From an uncultured Acidimicrobiia bacterium (GTDB taxonomy: Bacteria; Acidobacteriota; Terriglobia; Versatilivoradales; Versatilivoraceae), in assembly GCA_963786955.1 (NCBI GenBank), contig CAWBAT010000004.1, positions 832,001-896,000 of the forward strand: 64,000 nt of DNA. The letters are read 5' to 3'. Both the position numbers and the translations under genes were made by a program. Below are positions 32,303-43,233 of the stretch, in pieces. The notes below the pieces were generated by a model, which was not told where the DNA came from, made no database searches, and was given only the letters and a program-made list of their open reading frames with translations. Numbering within the stretch: the stretch's first letter is position 1; each line of letters starts with the position of its first letter.

Positions 32303-34199
32303 AATGAAAGACTTCCATTGTCATGGCATCCGTAGGGCAGCGAATCGCGCAAAGGCCACAGCGGATGCACTTCTCGTCATCCTTCACCATGGCGGCAAGA
32401 GGCTGTCCCAGCTGCAAATTTGCGTTCTCCAAGATCCGCTGTTGAGCCTCCAAATCAATGTCCAGTTCCTCCAACGGCACCAGCTTGAGGCAGTATTCCG
32501 GACAGATATCGACACACCGGTTGCAAAGGACGCACTTCTCCGGGTCGTAAATCGTTTGAATATGGCAATAAAGGCAGCGTTCCGCTTGCCGCCTGGCTTC
32601 CTCTTCACTAAAACAGGACTCCACTTCAGAGATTCCGGTTCTTCGATTGAGAGAGACGGTAGGGGGAGTCTGGCGGTCGCAGGTTTCATATCCTTCTGCC
32701 ATTGTGTAAGTCCGCGTTGCCAATTTCTCAACTGTGAGATTGATGACCGGCCGGCTTGCGGGGCCACGCAAATAGTCGTCAATGGAAAGTGCTGCACGCT
32801 TTCCGTTAGAGACGGCCTCAATCAAGTTCCGTGGGCCAAAGGCCACGTCTCCTCCCGCAAAGACCCCAGGACAGGAAGTCGCCAGAGTGTTCAAGTCAAC
32901 CCGGATCGTTTTTTGCGGTGTAAGTTCGATCCTGTCTTCGGGTTTCAGAAAAGAAAGATCTGCTTGTTGTCCTATCGCCAGAATAATCGTATCGGCTTCA
33001 AACACTTCGCTGAGGTTGGGGTCGTACTCAGGATTGAAACGGCCGTTGTCATCATAAGTGCGATGAACTCCTATCAGCTCAACCGCCTTCAGTTTTCCGT
33101 GTTCTCCAATGAACCGCTTGGCACCCCGTTGCGGATGGAATTGAATGCCCTCGCGCAAGGCTTCTTCAAATTCTTCTTTACCCTGAGCCGTTCGCATGAC
33201 TGGCATTTCTTCAAAGGATTCGAGGCTGGCGATATGGACTTCTGTCGCGCCAGCTCGGAGAGCAGATCGTGCCGCATCCATCGCTGTATGGAGTTGACCG
33301 GAAGAATCTGGCGCTGAGGCAGCATCTTGACTCGCGCGAAGGGCCAACCTCGCCGCGTCGAAAGCCACAAATCCGCCACCAATGACCAGAACCTTTCGTC
33401 CGAGGGTAACGCGGTACCCGTTATTGATGTTGATCAGGTAATCAATGGCTTTGATCAAACCATCCAGGTCCGCCCCTTCTACATTCAAATCCCGTCCCTT
33501 CTGTACGCCCATCGCAATGAAGATTGCTTCGTATCCCTGAGCCTTCAGCTCGCGAAGACCAAAGGCCGGAGTGAGCGGCGTATGGAGACGAATCTCGACA
33601 CCGAGTTGCTCTACCCGGTCAATTTCTTTTTCGATAAGGGAGCGAGGGAGCCGGAACTCCGGGATGCCGTGAAACATCATGCCCCCGGCTTTGTCGGAGG
33701 CTTCAAACAGGGTCACCGCATATCCCATCAGGGCCAAATCATGGGCGCAGGCAAGTCCTGAGGGTCCGGCGCCAATCACAGCAACCTTCTGCCCGCGGCC
33801 CACTCTCTTGCGAGTTTGTTGGAGCACGGGCAAATGACCCCGTAGTTTGTTCCCCTCATCTGCCACCCCCTCAAACAACTTTTCCTGAGTATTTGGTTCC
33901 ATTGATTCGACGCCATACTTCTCCGTGACAAATCGCTTCAATCCTCGAATGGTGACGGGCGCATCAATTTTTCCCCGGCGGCAGTTGTCTTCACACGGGG
34001 CAGCACATATCCTGCCGCACACAGAGGCTAAGGGATTAGGAGAGCGGGCCACCAGATAGGCTTCTTCGTAGTTGCCTTCGGCAATGAGCTGGACGTATTT
34101 TCCCGCATCCGTCCGCACAGGACAGGCCGCCTGACAGGGGATCATCCCCTGCCAAAATGCGATATCCGGGATGATGGTTTTGTATTTCTTTTGGTTCAT
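32277..34199 (-). CDS. FAD/NAD(P)-dependent Fe-S oxidoreductase (GltD/NfnB/DsrL-like) with C-terminal 2x[4Fe-4S] domain
   Basis: CQAACP, CGRICAAPCEDNC, VIGAGPSG, VIGGG, GGDV, RCLYC, CVLCNRCVDICP, CIRCGLCAIRCP. Confidence 0.92.
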   Translation of the reverse strand: MNQKKYKTIIPDIAFWQGMIPCQAACPVRTDAGKYVQLIAEGNYEEAYLVARSPNPLASVCGRICAAPCEDNCRRGKIDAPVTIRGLKRFVTEKYGVESMEPNTQEKLFEGVADEGNKLRGHLPVLQQTRKRVGRGQKVAVIGAGPSGLACAHDLALMGYAVTLFEASDKAGGMMFHGIPEFRLPRSLIEKEIDRVEQLGVEIRLHTPLTPAFGLRELKAQGYEAIFIAMGVQKGRDLNVEGADLDGLIKAIDYLININNGYRVTLGRKVLVIGGGFVAFDAARLALRASQDAASAPDSSGQLHTAMDAARSALRAGATEVHIASLESFEEMPVMRTAQGKEEFEEALREGIQFHPQRGAKRFIGEHGKLKAVELIGVHRTYDDNGRFNPEYDPNLSEVFEADTIILAIGQQADLSFLKPEDRIELTPQKTIRVDLNTLATSCPGVFAGGDVAFGPRNLIEAVSNGKRAALSIDDYLRGPASRPVINLTVEKLATRTYTMAEGYETCDRQTPPTVSLNRRTGISEVESCFSEEEARRQAERCLYCHIQTIYDPEKCVLCNRCVDICPEYCLKLVPLEELDIDLEAQQRILENANLQLGQPLAAMVKDDEKCIRCGLCAIRCPTDAMTMEVFHYEEQESYA

Positions 34200-34313
34200 G
34201 GAGGAAAACCGCTTGGGATCTGGGGGTGAACGTTCCTACACCGCTTCAAATGAATGTCGGCGAAACTTGCCGGAGTTACAGGGGGCAGTATCATGATTGG
34301 CCACAAGGAATGC

Positions 34314-34329
34314 AGTGACTTAAATCACA
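34314..34329 (-). promoter_or_regulatory. Crp/Fnr-family binding site upstream of the nos-linked operon
   Basis: TGTGA-TTTAAG-TCACT; centred at -41.5 if GATACT (34292-34287) is the -10 element. Confidence 0.55.
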
Positions 34330-34886
34330 TGGGCCAGTAATTTGTGACACCCTATCCCCATTCTGAAAACCCAAATACGGGCAGGGAAAGGGTAATTGAA
34401 GTGAGGTAGTTCAGAGCCGGAGTCACCAACTGGTCAGGAAACTTGTCCTTCTCCTGGACAAATAGCTGAGGAGGAATTGCTAGAGCAGAAAACATCAGTG
34501 ACAACCAGGACAAAATTTATAATTTGCAAAAGACCTTCCAAATATTGCGACCATGGGCACTTATGGCCTATGACGATTCAGGTCTCGCATTTTGAGGACT
34601 CTTATCGAGAAGCCAGACTTCATCCTTGAACCATTGAATCGTGGGTCTTCACCCGCAAAAAGTGTGGTATATCCCCCATCAGAAGAGTCTTTTCCATCAA
34701 ATCTTCTCTCACCAATTTGCGGATCGTACTAGGACTGTTGAAGTTCCGAATAAAGACTCCCAATTCATTGATTTTGGAGAAACAACTGCCCTATCAGATC
34801 GGGGAGGGGGGTATCGATCAGAATTGCTATAGTCTTGGTTTCACTCAATTGACTCGCTTCTGACCTGATAAGGACGGATCGCACTC

Positions 34887-36069
34887 ATGAACACAAAACA
34901 ACTCAAACCCGGTGGTTCTGTCTTCATTGAAAGCAAAACCCTGGGCGAACTGATTGGGTGGCTAAAACAACAGGGATACTCGGTGATCGGCCCCACGATT
35001 CGAGACAATGCCATTACTCTAGGGCCTATCGACAATCTTGACGACCTTCCAATGGGTTGGACTGACGAGCAAGAGGCCGGAAGATACCGCCTGACAAAAC
35101 GGGACGATAAGGCTTTCTTTGGCTATGTGGTGGGCCCGCATAGCTGGAAACGTTTTCTTCATCCACCCGAAGTGCGTTTGTTCGCGGCAACTCGTCAAAA
35201 AAAGACTTTCAGGATCCTTGATAACGAGGCCCCCCCTTCTCGCTATGCCTTCCTTGGAGTTCGGGGCTGTGATTTGGCCGCGATCAAAGCACAGGACCGT
35301 GTTCTGCTTCCAGGACAAGTTCGTTGACGCAATCTATCAAGAAAGACGCCGGGATAATTTTATTGTGGCGGTCAATTGCACCCAGGCGGCTCCTACCTGT
35401 TTTTGCACTTCAATGGGAACCGGACCCAAGGTCGAGGGAGATTTTGACCTCTGTCTGACGGAGCTCATCCTGCCCCAGTCGCACCGATTTCTGGTTGAGA
35501 TAGGAAGTCCCAAGGGTGTGCAGGCCATCGAGGCTCTTGAGCACACGGAAGCCTCCGAAGACGGACGTCAGCAAGCTGCAGAGGCGGTGGAAAAAGCAGC
35601 CAACATGATCAAGAGAAAAATAGACACGTCCGGAATCCGAGAGCTCATCTACAGCAATCTGGAAAGTCCACACTGGGACAAGATTGCGGCGCGATGCCTC
35701 AATTGCGCTAATTGTACGATGGTCTGCCCAACGTGTTTCTGCACGACGGTCCAGGACGTCACGGATTTGACCGGCGCCCACGCTGAGCGATGGAGAAAGT
35801 GGGATTCCTGCTTTAATACAGAATTCACTTACATTCATGGCGGAAGCATCCGCATTTCCGCAAAATCTCGCTATCGCCAGTGGTTTGTCCACAAATTGGC
35901 ATCCTGGCACGACCAGTTCGGATCCTCCGGTTGTGTGGGCTGCGGGCGATGTATCACCTGGTGCCCCGTAGGCATCGATATTACCGAAGAAGCCAGAGCC
36001 TTTCGCGAGGGCGAGGGAAGCCAGCCGACTTCGCGTAGTCCTGACTCTCCTCAATCTCTTTCTCCGTAA
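34887..36069 (+). CDS. Group 3b hydrogenase (sulfhydrogenase) beta Fe-S subunit (frameshift near 35310)
   Basis: [54 protein letters not shown]. Confidence 0.92.
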
Positions 36070-36144
36070 TCGGAATTAGGGAATTCCTTTATTCGCGGAC
36101 ATCGAGTCTCGCGACTCTCAATATCAAGAAAAAGGAGAGATCTC

Positions 36145-36606
36145 ATGGAAAGCTTGGAACCCATTCTTAGAACCCACCCCTTTTTGGAGGGCCTCGACTC
36201 CCGGTTTATGGAGTTGATCACTGGATGCGCCTCAAACGTCCGGTTCAACGCGGGGGAATTTCTGTTTCACGAAGACGAGGAAGCGAACCAGTTCTACATC
36301 ATTCGCCAGGGCAGGGTTGCCGTCGAATCGCACGCCGCCGGGATGGAACCAATTATTATTCATACCGTCGAAGCGGGTGACATCCTGGGCTGGTCCTGGC
36401 TTGTCCCGCCTTACTATTGGCATTTTGATGCCAAGGCCGTTGAATTGACCCGCGCCATTGCCCTGGACGGGAAATGCCTCCGACAGAAATGTGAAAATGA
36501 CCATGAGCTGGGTTATGAATTGCTTAAACGATTTACAAACATCATCACCCAGCGTCTCGAAGCCACACGAATGCAGCTTTTGGACTTTTATGGGGTGAAA
36601 AAATGA
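36145..36606 (+). CDS. Stand-alone cyclic-nucleotide-binding domain protein
   Basis: HPFL.GL, GEFLFHE, FYII.QG.V, GDILGWSWL; no HTH. Confidence 0.88.
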   Translation: MESLEPILRTHPFLEGLDSRFMELITGCASNVRFNAGEFLFHEDEEANQFYIIRQGRVAVESHAAGMEPIIIHTVEAGDILGWSWLVPPYYWHFDAKAVELTRAIALDGKCLRQKCENDHELGYELLKRFTNIITQRLEATRMQLLDFYGVKK

Positions 36607-37449
36607 CTACGGGAAACTTGACTCTTGATCCCATGATTCCGTTGCCTTATGTGGTAACCCGCACGGCCCAGGAAACTCACGACACTTTCACCCTGGAGTT
36701 GAAGCCGGAAAATGGCGAGCGGCAGCTTGGTTTCAGCCCGGGGCAATTTAATATGCTTTACATTTTTGGCACCGGTGAAGTCCCTATTTCCATTAGCGGA
36801 AATCCAGCCTCCTCGGATATTTTGATCCACACGACGCGGGAAGTTGGCACTGTCACCAAAACCATGCGAAAGCTGAAACGGGGGGATAGCTCTGGGAATT
36901 CGAGGTCCCTATGGCAGCCAGTGGCCGGTTGAAGAGGCAGTTGGAGATGATGTCGTGATTATCGCCGGCGGGATTGGCTTAGCTCCGCTGCGTCCGGCAC
37001 TGTACTATTTGCTCTCCCATCGGGAGAAGTATGGCAAGGTAGTCCTGCTCTATGGTACGCGCAGTCCCGACGACATTCTTTATCGTCGGGAGCTGGAAAA
37101 ATGGCGCTCCCGATTAGACTTAGAAGTGTCTGTGACGGTGGACCGTGCCCTCGGAAATTGGCGAGGGAACGTAGGGGTAGTGACCACCCTGATCCCTCGA
37201 GCTCCTTTTGAGGCAACCAACACCACTGCCATGGTGTGCGGCCCCGAGATTATGATGCGCTATGTGGCTATGGAATTACAGAAACGAGGGGTTTCCACGG
37301 ACAAGATCCATGTTTCCATGGAACGAAACATGAAATGCGGCGTGGGATTCTGCGGACATTGTCAGTACGGGCCACGCTTTATCTGCAAAGACGGCCCTGT
37401 TTTCCGTTACAGCGAAGTCAAAGAATTGATATCAAAGCGGGAGATCTGA
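36603..37449 (+). CDS. Group 3b hydrogenase gamma FAD/NAD(P) subunit (frameshift near 36890)
   Basis: [46 protein letters not shown]. Confidence 0.92.
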
Positions 37450-37467
37450 ATTCAATCAGAGGAAGCT

Positions 37468-38247
37468 ATGCCTCAAAAACCTAAACCGAAACTGGCTGTT
37501 TGGAAATTTGCCTCTTGCGATGGATGTCAGCTGAGTCTCTTGGATTGTGAAGATGATCTTTTGCTGATTGCCAACCACATCGAAATCGCCAATTTTCCGG
37601 AAGCGTCCAGTGCTGTGGTAAAAGGCCCGTATGACGTATCGTTAGTGGAGGGTTCCATTACAACAGCTCATGATGCGGAGCGCATTCATCAAGTCCGTCG
37701 GGCTTCGAAGTTCCTGATCACCATCGGAGCTTGTGCCACAGCAGGAGGGATCCAAGCGCTCAGGAACTTCAAAGATGTCAAAGAATTTATTTCCATCGTC
37801 TATGCGGTCCCTGGCTATATCGAGACTTTGAATAAGTCCACCCCGATCGCCGACCATGTCCCGGTTGATTTCGAATTACGGGGTTGTCCCATTAACAAAA
37901 CCCAACTGGTTGAAGTGATCAGTGCGTTTCTCAATGGACGAAAGCCCAATATTCCTCATTACAGCGTTTGCATGGAATGCAAACGCAAAGGGACTCCCTG
38001 TGTCATGGTGACACAAGGGATCCCTTGTCTCGGTCCGGTGACACATGCCGGTTGCAATGCCCTTTGTCCCAGCTACTCACGGGGTTGTTATGCGTGTTAT
38101 GGGCCTAAGGAAACACCGAACCCATCTTCCCTCAGCTCCTGGTGGATGGACTCTGGGATTAAAGAGGAGAAGCTCGTCCAGATGTTCCGAGGATTCAACG
38201 CCTATGCCGAACCATTCCGTCGGGAGAGCGAAGCCCATGAAAAGTAG
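37468..38247 (+). CDS. Group 3b hydrogenase small (delta) subunit
   Basis: [35 protein letters not shown]...RGC..C. Confidence 0.94.
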   Translation: MPQKPKPKLAVWKFASCDGCQLSLLDCEDDLLLIANHIEIANFPEASSAVVKGPYDVSLVEGSITTAHDAERIHQVRRASKFLITIGACATAGGIQALRNFKDVKEFISIVYAVPGYIETLNKSTPIADHVPVDFELRGCPINKTQLVEVISAFLNGRKPNIPHYSVCMECKRKGTPCVMVTQGIPCLGPVTHAGCNALCPSYSRGCYACYGPKETPNPSSLSSWWMDSGIKEEKLVQMFRGFNAYAEPFRRESEAHEK

Positions 38248-39530
38248 AACGATTAAAGTCGACATCCTGGCCCGCGTGGAAGGCGAGGGTGCTTTGTATG
38301 TCAAAGTCAAAGACTCCAAAGTAGCCGACGTGAAACTCAGAATCTATGAGCCTCCTCGCTTCTTTGAGGCCTTTATGCGAGGACGAGACTATACCGAGGC
38401 CCCGGATATCACGGCCCGGATCTGCGGCATTTGCCCCGTGGCGTACCAAATGAGTTCCGTGCATGCTATGGAGAATATTGCCGGCGTTCACGTCGAGGGT
38501 CCCATCCGGGAACTCCGCCGTTTGCTCTATTGCGGAGAGTGGATCGAAAGCCATGTCCTCCATATCGCGATGCTCCACGCTCCTGACTTCCTCGGTTACC
38601 CAGACGCTTTGCAAATGGCCAAGGATCACCCGGGTATTGTCCAGTCAGCCCTGCAACTAAAAAAAATTGGCAATGAGATCATGGCCTTGATTGGGGGCCG
38701 CGAAATTCATCCAATTAACGTTCGGGTGGGAGGATTTTATCGAGTTCCCGATCGCCAGGAATTGTTGCCTCTCGTGGAAAAACTTAAATGGGCGCGGGAC
38801 ACCGCTCAGGAATTGGTGCGCTGGACAGCCGGTCTGTCATTCCCGGATTTTGAAAGAGATTACGAATTCGTGGCCTTGAGCCATCCCAGTGAATACCCAT
38901 TTAACGAAGGTCGGCTCGTTTCCAATAAAGGGCTTGATATCCCGATTTCTGAATATGACAACGAGTTCAGTGAAGAACACTTGGCCCATTCCAATGCCTT
39001 GCACTCTACCCTCAAGAAACGGGGCGCCTACGTCGTCGGGCCCTTGGCAAGATTTAATCTCAACTACTCCAAGCTTTCTCCCCTCGCCCAAGAAGCAGCC
39101 CAGTCGGTTGGTTTGTCGGCTGATTGCCGCAATCCGTTCCGTAGCATCATCATTCGAGCTGTTGAAACCCTTTATGCTTGTGACGAAGCTCTTAGAATCA
39201 TCGAGAATTATAAAAAGCCAGATAAGCCGGCCTATGAGGTTCCTCCAAAAGCCGGCGTGGGTTACGGATGCACGGAAGCACCCAGGGGAATTCTTTTCAA
39301 TCGCTACCGAATCGGATGAGGCCGGCAAGATCCTCGATGCAAAGATCGTCCCTCCAACTTCGCAAAATCAGCGCTCCATTGAAGAGGACCTGTGGAATTT
39401 CATTCCTTCACGGCTTAATTTGTCTGACGAGAAACTGACATTACAGTGTGAACAGGCCATCCGAAATTATGACCCGTGTATTTCCTGTGCCACTCATTTT
39501 CTAAAGTTGAAAATTGAGCGCGAATCATAG
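38237..39530 (+). CDS. Group 3b [NiFe] hydrogenase large (alpha) subunit (frameshift near 39316)
   Basis: LARVEGEG, L1 [16 protein letters not shown]2 [10 protein letters not shown] plus tail. Confidence 0.94.
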
Positions 39531-39774
39531 GATCTTGCAAGAACCCGTAGAACTTGTAGGGGCGAAGCATTCGATGACAGAAGCTAAATCAGGTTCCACC
39601 ATTCAAACGAATGCTTCGCCCTTACTGTTGGCTCTCTCCGAGGGACTAATCCGAATATTGTAAGGTCAGGCGGCGTCGCGGAGCTCCGCCCTCCAGCGAA
39701 ATGATTGCCAATGCAGAAAAAGCCGCAGACCCGCCACGGCGGCTGCGATACAGCGGACTAAACTCAGCGGAGCC

Positions 39775-39985
39775 GCACGGCAGCTGATTTGTGTGTCAAA
39801 TGTAGGTGAAAGCGTAACTCGTTGAAATATGGAACCTTAAGTGCCGGGATTGGGGATAGATTTACTGCTTGTGCAATGGGTTTTGTGATAGAATTTTTAC
39901 CAGTTAAATTACCGGGGCTAATTGATCTCAAGAACTGGCTCCGTGGCACGCCTTCCTACCTCGCATTCTCTCGGAGGTTTCCGCA
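39775..39985. promoter_or_regulatory. Conserved upstream regulatory block, copy 1 (copies 2 and 3 at about 45720-46035 and 51263-51588)
   Basis: Near-identical non-coding DNA before each wHTH gene, with AGGTGA-type direct repeats at 11-bp period. Confidence 0.75.
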
Positions 39986-42015
39986 ATGGAAACCCCTCTC
40001 CGCTCGAGACATCTGATTTGTTTTGGGGCCTTTGAATTCGACCCTCACACCGGAGAACTCCGCAAGCACGGAATGAAGTTGAAATTGCATGGACACGCCA
40101 TTGATGCGCTGGTCCTATTGCTGGAGCATCCGGGGGAACTCGTCACTCGCGAGGAGTTGCAGAAGCGACTCTGGCCTGCAGACACCTTCGTTGATTTCGA
40201 ACACAATCTCAACGCGGCAGTAAAGAGGCTGCGCGAGGAATTAGACGACTCCGCCGACAAACCCCGCTTCATCGAGACGCTACCTCGTCACGGCTACCGC
40301 TTCATCGCCCCGGTGAACGATTCCCTTACTCCCAATTCCACAAACCACCAGACAGGGGAGGAAAGCCCATCTCTTCATTCCCAACTTTTTTCTCGCTGCG
40401 AGATGAGTCGTCTGCAGATAGTGGAAACGAGTGAAGGCAAAATACCCGATAGAAGACAAAGAGTTACGTTTGGACCGCGCTCGGCAGGGGAGAGTTCCCC
40501 TTACAAGCTCGGCGGCGCTGACTGGCGGGTTGTTGGCGCTATTGCGGTGGTAGTGATTAGCTTAATATGCGGCGGTATTCGCGATCGTTTGCTGTCGGCT
40601 GTCGGCGTGAGGCGCACTGTTGCCTCCGTTCCAAGATCGAGTCGATTGCCGTCCTGCCCCTGGAAAATCTCTCGGGTGATAAAGAACAGGAATACTTCGC
40701 CGACGGCATGACCGAGGCATTAATCACGGACCTGGGCAAGATCGGGGCGCTTCGGGTGATCTCACGGACCTCCGTGATGCAGTATAAGGGCACCAAGAAG
40801 CCACTGCCGCAGATTGCGCAGGAACTGAATGTGGACGCCGTCGTCGAAGGCACGGTGCAGCGTTCAGATAACCGTGTGCGCATCACGGCTAACCTGCTCC
40901 ACGCTCCCAGCGACCGGCATCTCTGGGCGGATGCCTACGAGCGTGATCTGCGCGACGTGCTGGTGCTGCAAGACGAAGTGGCGCGAGCCATCGCGAGCGA
41001 GATCCAGATCAAAATCACGCCCAACGAGCAAGTCCGCCTGGCCAGCGCCCGCCTCGTCAATCCTGAGGCCTATCGGCTTTACCTAATTGGGCGGTTCCTC
41101 TTGAACAAGCGGACCGAGGAAGGATTCAAGCAGGCTATTAACAACTTCCAGGGCGCCATCGAGACAGATCCCCACTACCCTGTGGCTTACGCGGGGCTGG
41201 CGGATGCCTACACCTTGCTCGGAAACTGGGGCCATCTGCCTCCCCGGGACGCTTACCCAAAAGCAAAGGTAGCGGCGCAGAAAGCACTGCAAATCGACAA
41301 AGACTCGGCCGAAGCCCACACTTCCCTGGCGCTTGTTTACTATGAATACGACTGGGACTGGCCTGCCTGCGAGAAAGAGTACAAGCGCGCCATCGAGCTC
41401 AATCCAAATTATGCAACGGCGCACCAGTGGTACTCAGAATACCTTTCGACCATGAAGAGGAACGCCGAAGCTATCGCTGAGGCTGAACGAGCGCAGCAAC
41501 TGGACCCGCTCTCTCCGATGATCAGTACTAATGTAGGTAATAGCTACGTATTGGCGCGTCAGTATGACATCGCAATCAGCCGGTTAAGGAACACGGTCTC
41601 ACTGTTTCCCGAGTTCTCCATTGGCTTCGGGTGTCTTGGGGACGCTTACATGGCAAATGGTAATTATGAACAGGCGATTGCCGCCTATCAAAAGTGGATG
41701 ACTCTTTCTGGAGCGAGTGCCGCCGAAGTAGCCGGGGTGGGACAAGCATACTCGAAGGAAGGTATGCGAGGTTTCTACCATTGGGCGCTTCGCAGATTGA
41801 AGGAGGAGTCGAAACACCGGTATGTCAGGGCGTATGAGTTCGCTTGGTTTTTTGCTAGCTTGGGAGAGAAAGACCAGGCTTTCTCCTATCTGGAAAAAGC
41901 CTACCAAGATCGTGACTATAAATTAACCGATCTCCAAAGACATCCACGCCTAGACACCCTACACTCCGACCCACGCTTTCAGGATCTCCTGCGCCGCATG
42001 AATTTCCCACCATAA
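39986..42015 (+). CDS. CadC/ToxR-like wHTH + TM + TolB-N-like + TPR regulator, copy 1 (frameshift near 40625)
   Basis: FGAFEFD..TGEL, VTREEL..RLW, FIETLPRHGYRF; TM; SIAVLPLENLSGD..QEYFADGMTEALI; TPRs. Confidence 0.88.
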
Positions 42016-42325
42016 GTAAGCTGGTCGCAATGATTGACGCGATTCAAGCATCGATCTTGGCCGTGAAACTCTGTTCGCCCCAATCGGAAGTTGGTTTTGC
42101 ATTGTCTGCTGGAACGGGCGCTCTGTCGCAAGTCCCCTCCTATTTTAGGAGGGGCAGGGGTGGTAGATTCCCTGAACGCGCGACGGAGCGCGCGTTCCAC
42201 CTAAAGCAAGAATTTACCGGAACATTTTTACCCTTTTCTCAATGGCTCGCATATCAATCTTAAATTAGAAAATGGAACAAATCACCAGTCACCAACTTCG
42301 GAATTCGGGATCAATAGAACAAAAA

Positions 42326-42521
42326 TGAATTCCCCTCGGGAGGGGTGCCTGCCGCAGGCAGGCGGGGTGGGTCTATGTAAGAATGGCTTTCCCGATTCAC
42401 GACCCACCCCTGGCCTTCGGCCGTCCCCTCCGCCGGAGGGGATTTCTTTAACACGAGGCGGCGTCGGTCACCTGGCGGACGAGCCCGGCAGAAAGATTGG
42501 AGACGCCGCTCCCCCGCGGCG
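42326..42521. repeat. About 195-bp composite REP/MITE-like repeat; second copy at 53695-53893
   Basis: Near-identical ACCCACCCCTGGCCTTCGGCC...GGCGTCGGTCACCTGGCGGACGAGCCCGGCAGAAAGATTGGAGACGCCG downstream of wHTH copies 1 and 3. Confidence 0.85.
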
Positions 42522-42523
42522 AT

Positions 42524-43195
42524 TCAATTTGTCGGCTGCAAGCCTAAGTTGAACCCAGGCTTCCTCAACATGAAAAGAGTGCGTCCACTGACTTTCTGAT
42601 CGAACTTCAGGTCTTCTCCTTCGACAGCCAGTCTGATTCCGTCGCCCTGCTGGTTTTCCGGCACTTTGCCGAGGGCGCAGTTCACCTGCAGAAAGGCTTC
42701 TTTTGGTTTGCCCACGTCGGGGAGCAACTGAATACGGAGGAGAGCCAGCCCGCCTGCAGGCATCGGCCCATTGCGAAATCCCATTGGGAACATACCCATC
42801 GACTTGAATTTCCGCTTGTCACGCACAAGCGCTCCTGGTGCAACCCCGTAGGAATTGAATTTCACCAGTTCTGTGGCTTTCCAGATGCCCGTTTCCACAA
42901 TCTCCCCTTTGGCGGTCTTGCGGGTAAAGGCGCCCATAGCGGTAACCGTCTTGCTGGAAGGGTTCAGCATCCCTGCACCGCTGATTTCGATGCTGTCCCC
43001 ATTGGCTGTTTGCGCCACGGCCGGGCAGGCACTGGAGTCGTTCGGGTCGCATACGTACCCAGTGCCCACCAGGAAGTTGTAATCATTGGAACTCGTGTCG
43101 GGTGAGGCAGGACTAGCGCGAATAGCTGTGGCCATGACCAGCATGATCAATAATGTCAAAATGCTTCCTCGCTTACCCATGATGCGTTTCCTCAA
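42524..43195 (-). CDS. Secreted hypothetical protein
   Basis: Signal peptide (LTLLIMLVMATAIRA), three Cys, beta-rich. Confidence 0.65.
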   Translation of the reverse strand: MRKRIMGKRGSILTLLIMLVMATAIRASPASPDTSSNDYNFLVGTGYVCDPNDSSACPAVAQTANGDSIEISGAGMLNPSSKTVTAMGAFTRKTAKGEIVETGIWKATELVKFNSYGVAPGALVRDKRKFKSMGMFPMGFRNGPMPAGGLALLRIQLLPDVGKPKEAFLQVNCALGKVPENQQGDGIRLAVEGEDLKFDQKVSGRTLFMLRKPGFNLGLQPTN

Positions 43196-43233
43196 TCTGA
43201 ATTCAGTAATCGGAGACTGCGTTCGCTGGTTCG

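Noticed and set aside
32277-34199. Glutamate synthase small subunit or DsrL in its usual pathway
   Set aside because: No gltB or dsr genes adjacent; the gene overlaps the Rieske gene and has an extra ferredoxin domain
3058-35546. Long antisense ORFs (e.g. 3058-3699, 4505-5206, 27773-28690, 32292-33317)
   Set aside because: They fully overlap well-supported genes on the other strand and lack domain motifs
10687-40700. Programmed ribosomal frameshifting
   Set aside because: Breaks are numerous, scattered over unrelated genes and show no shared slippery motif; sequencing indels are simpler
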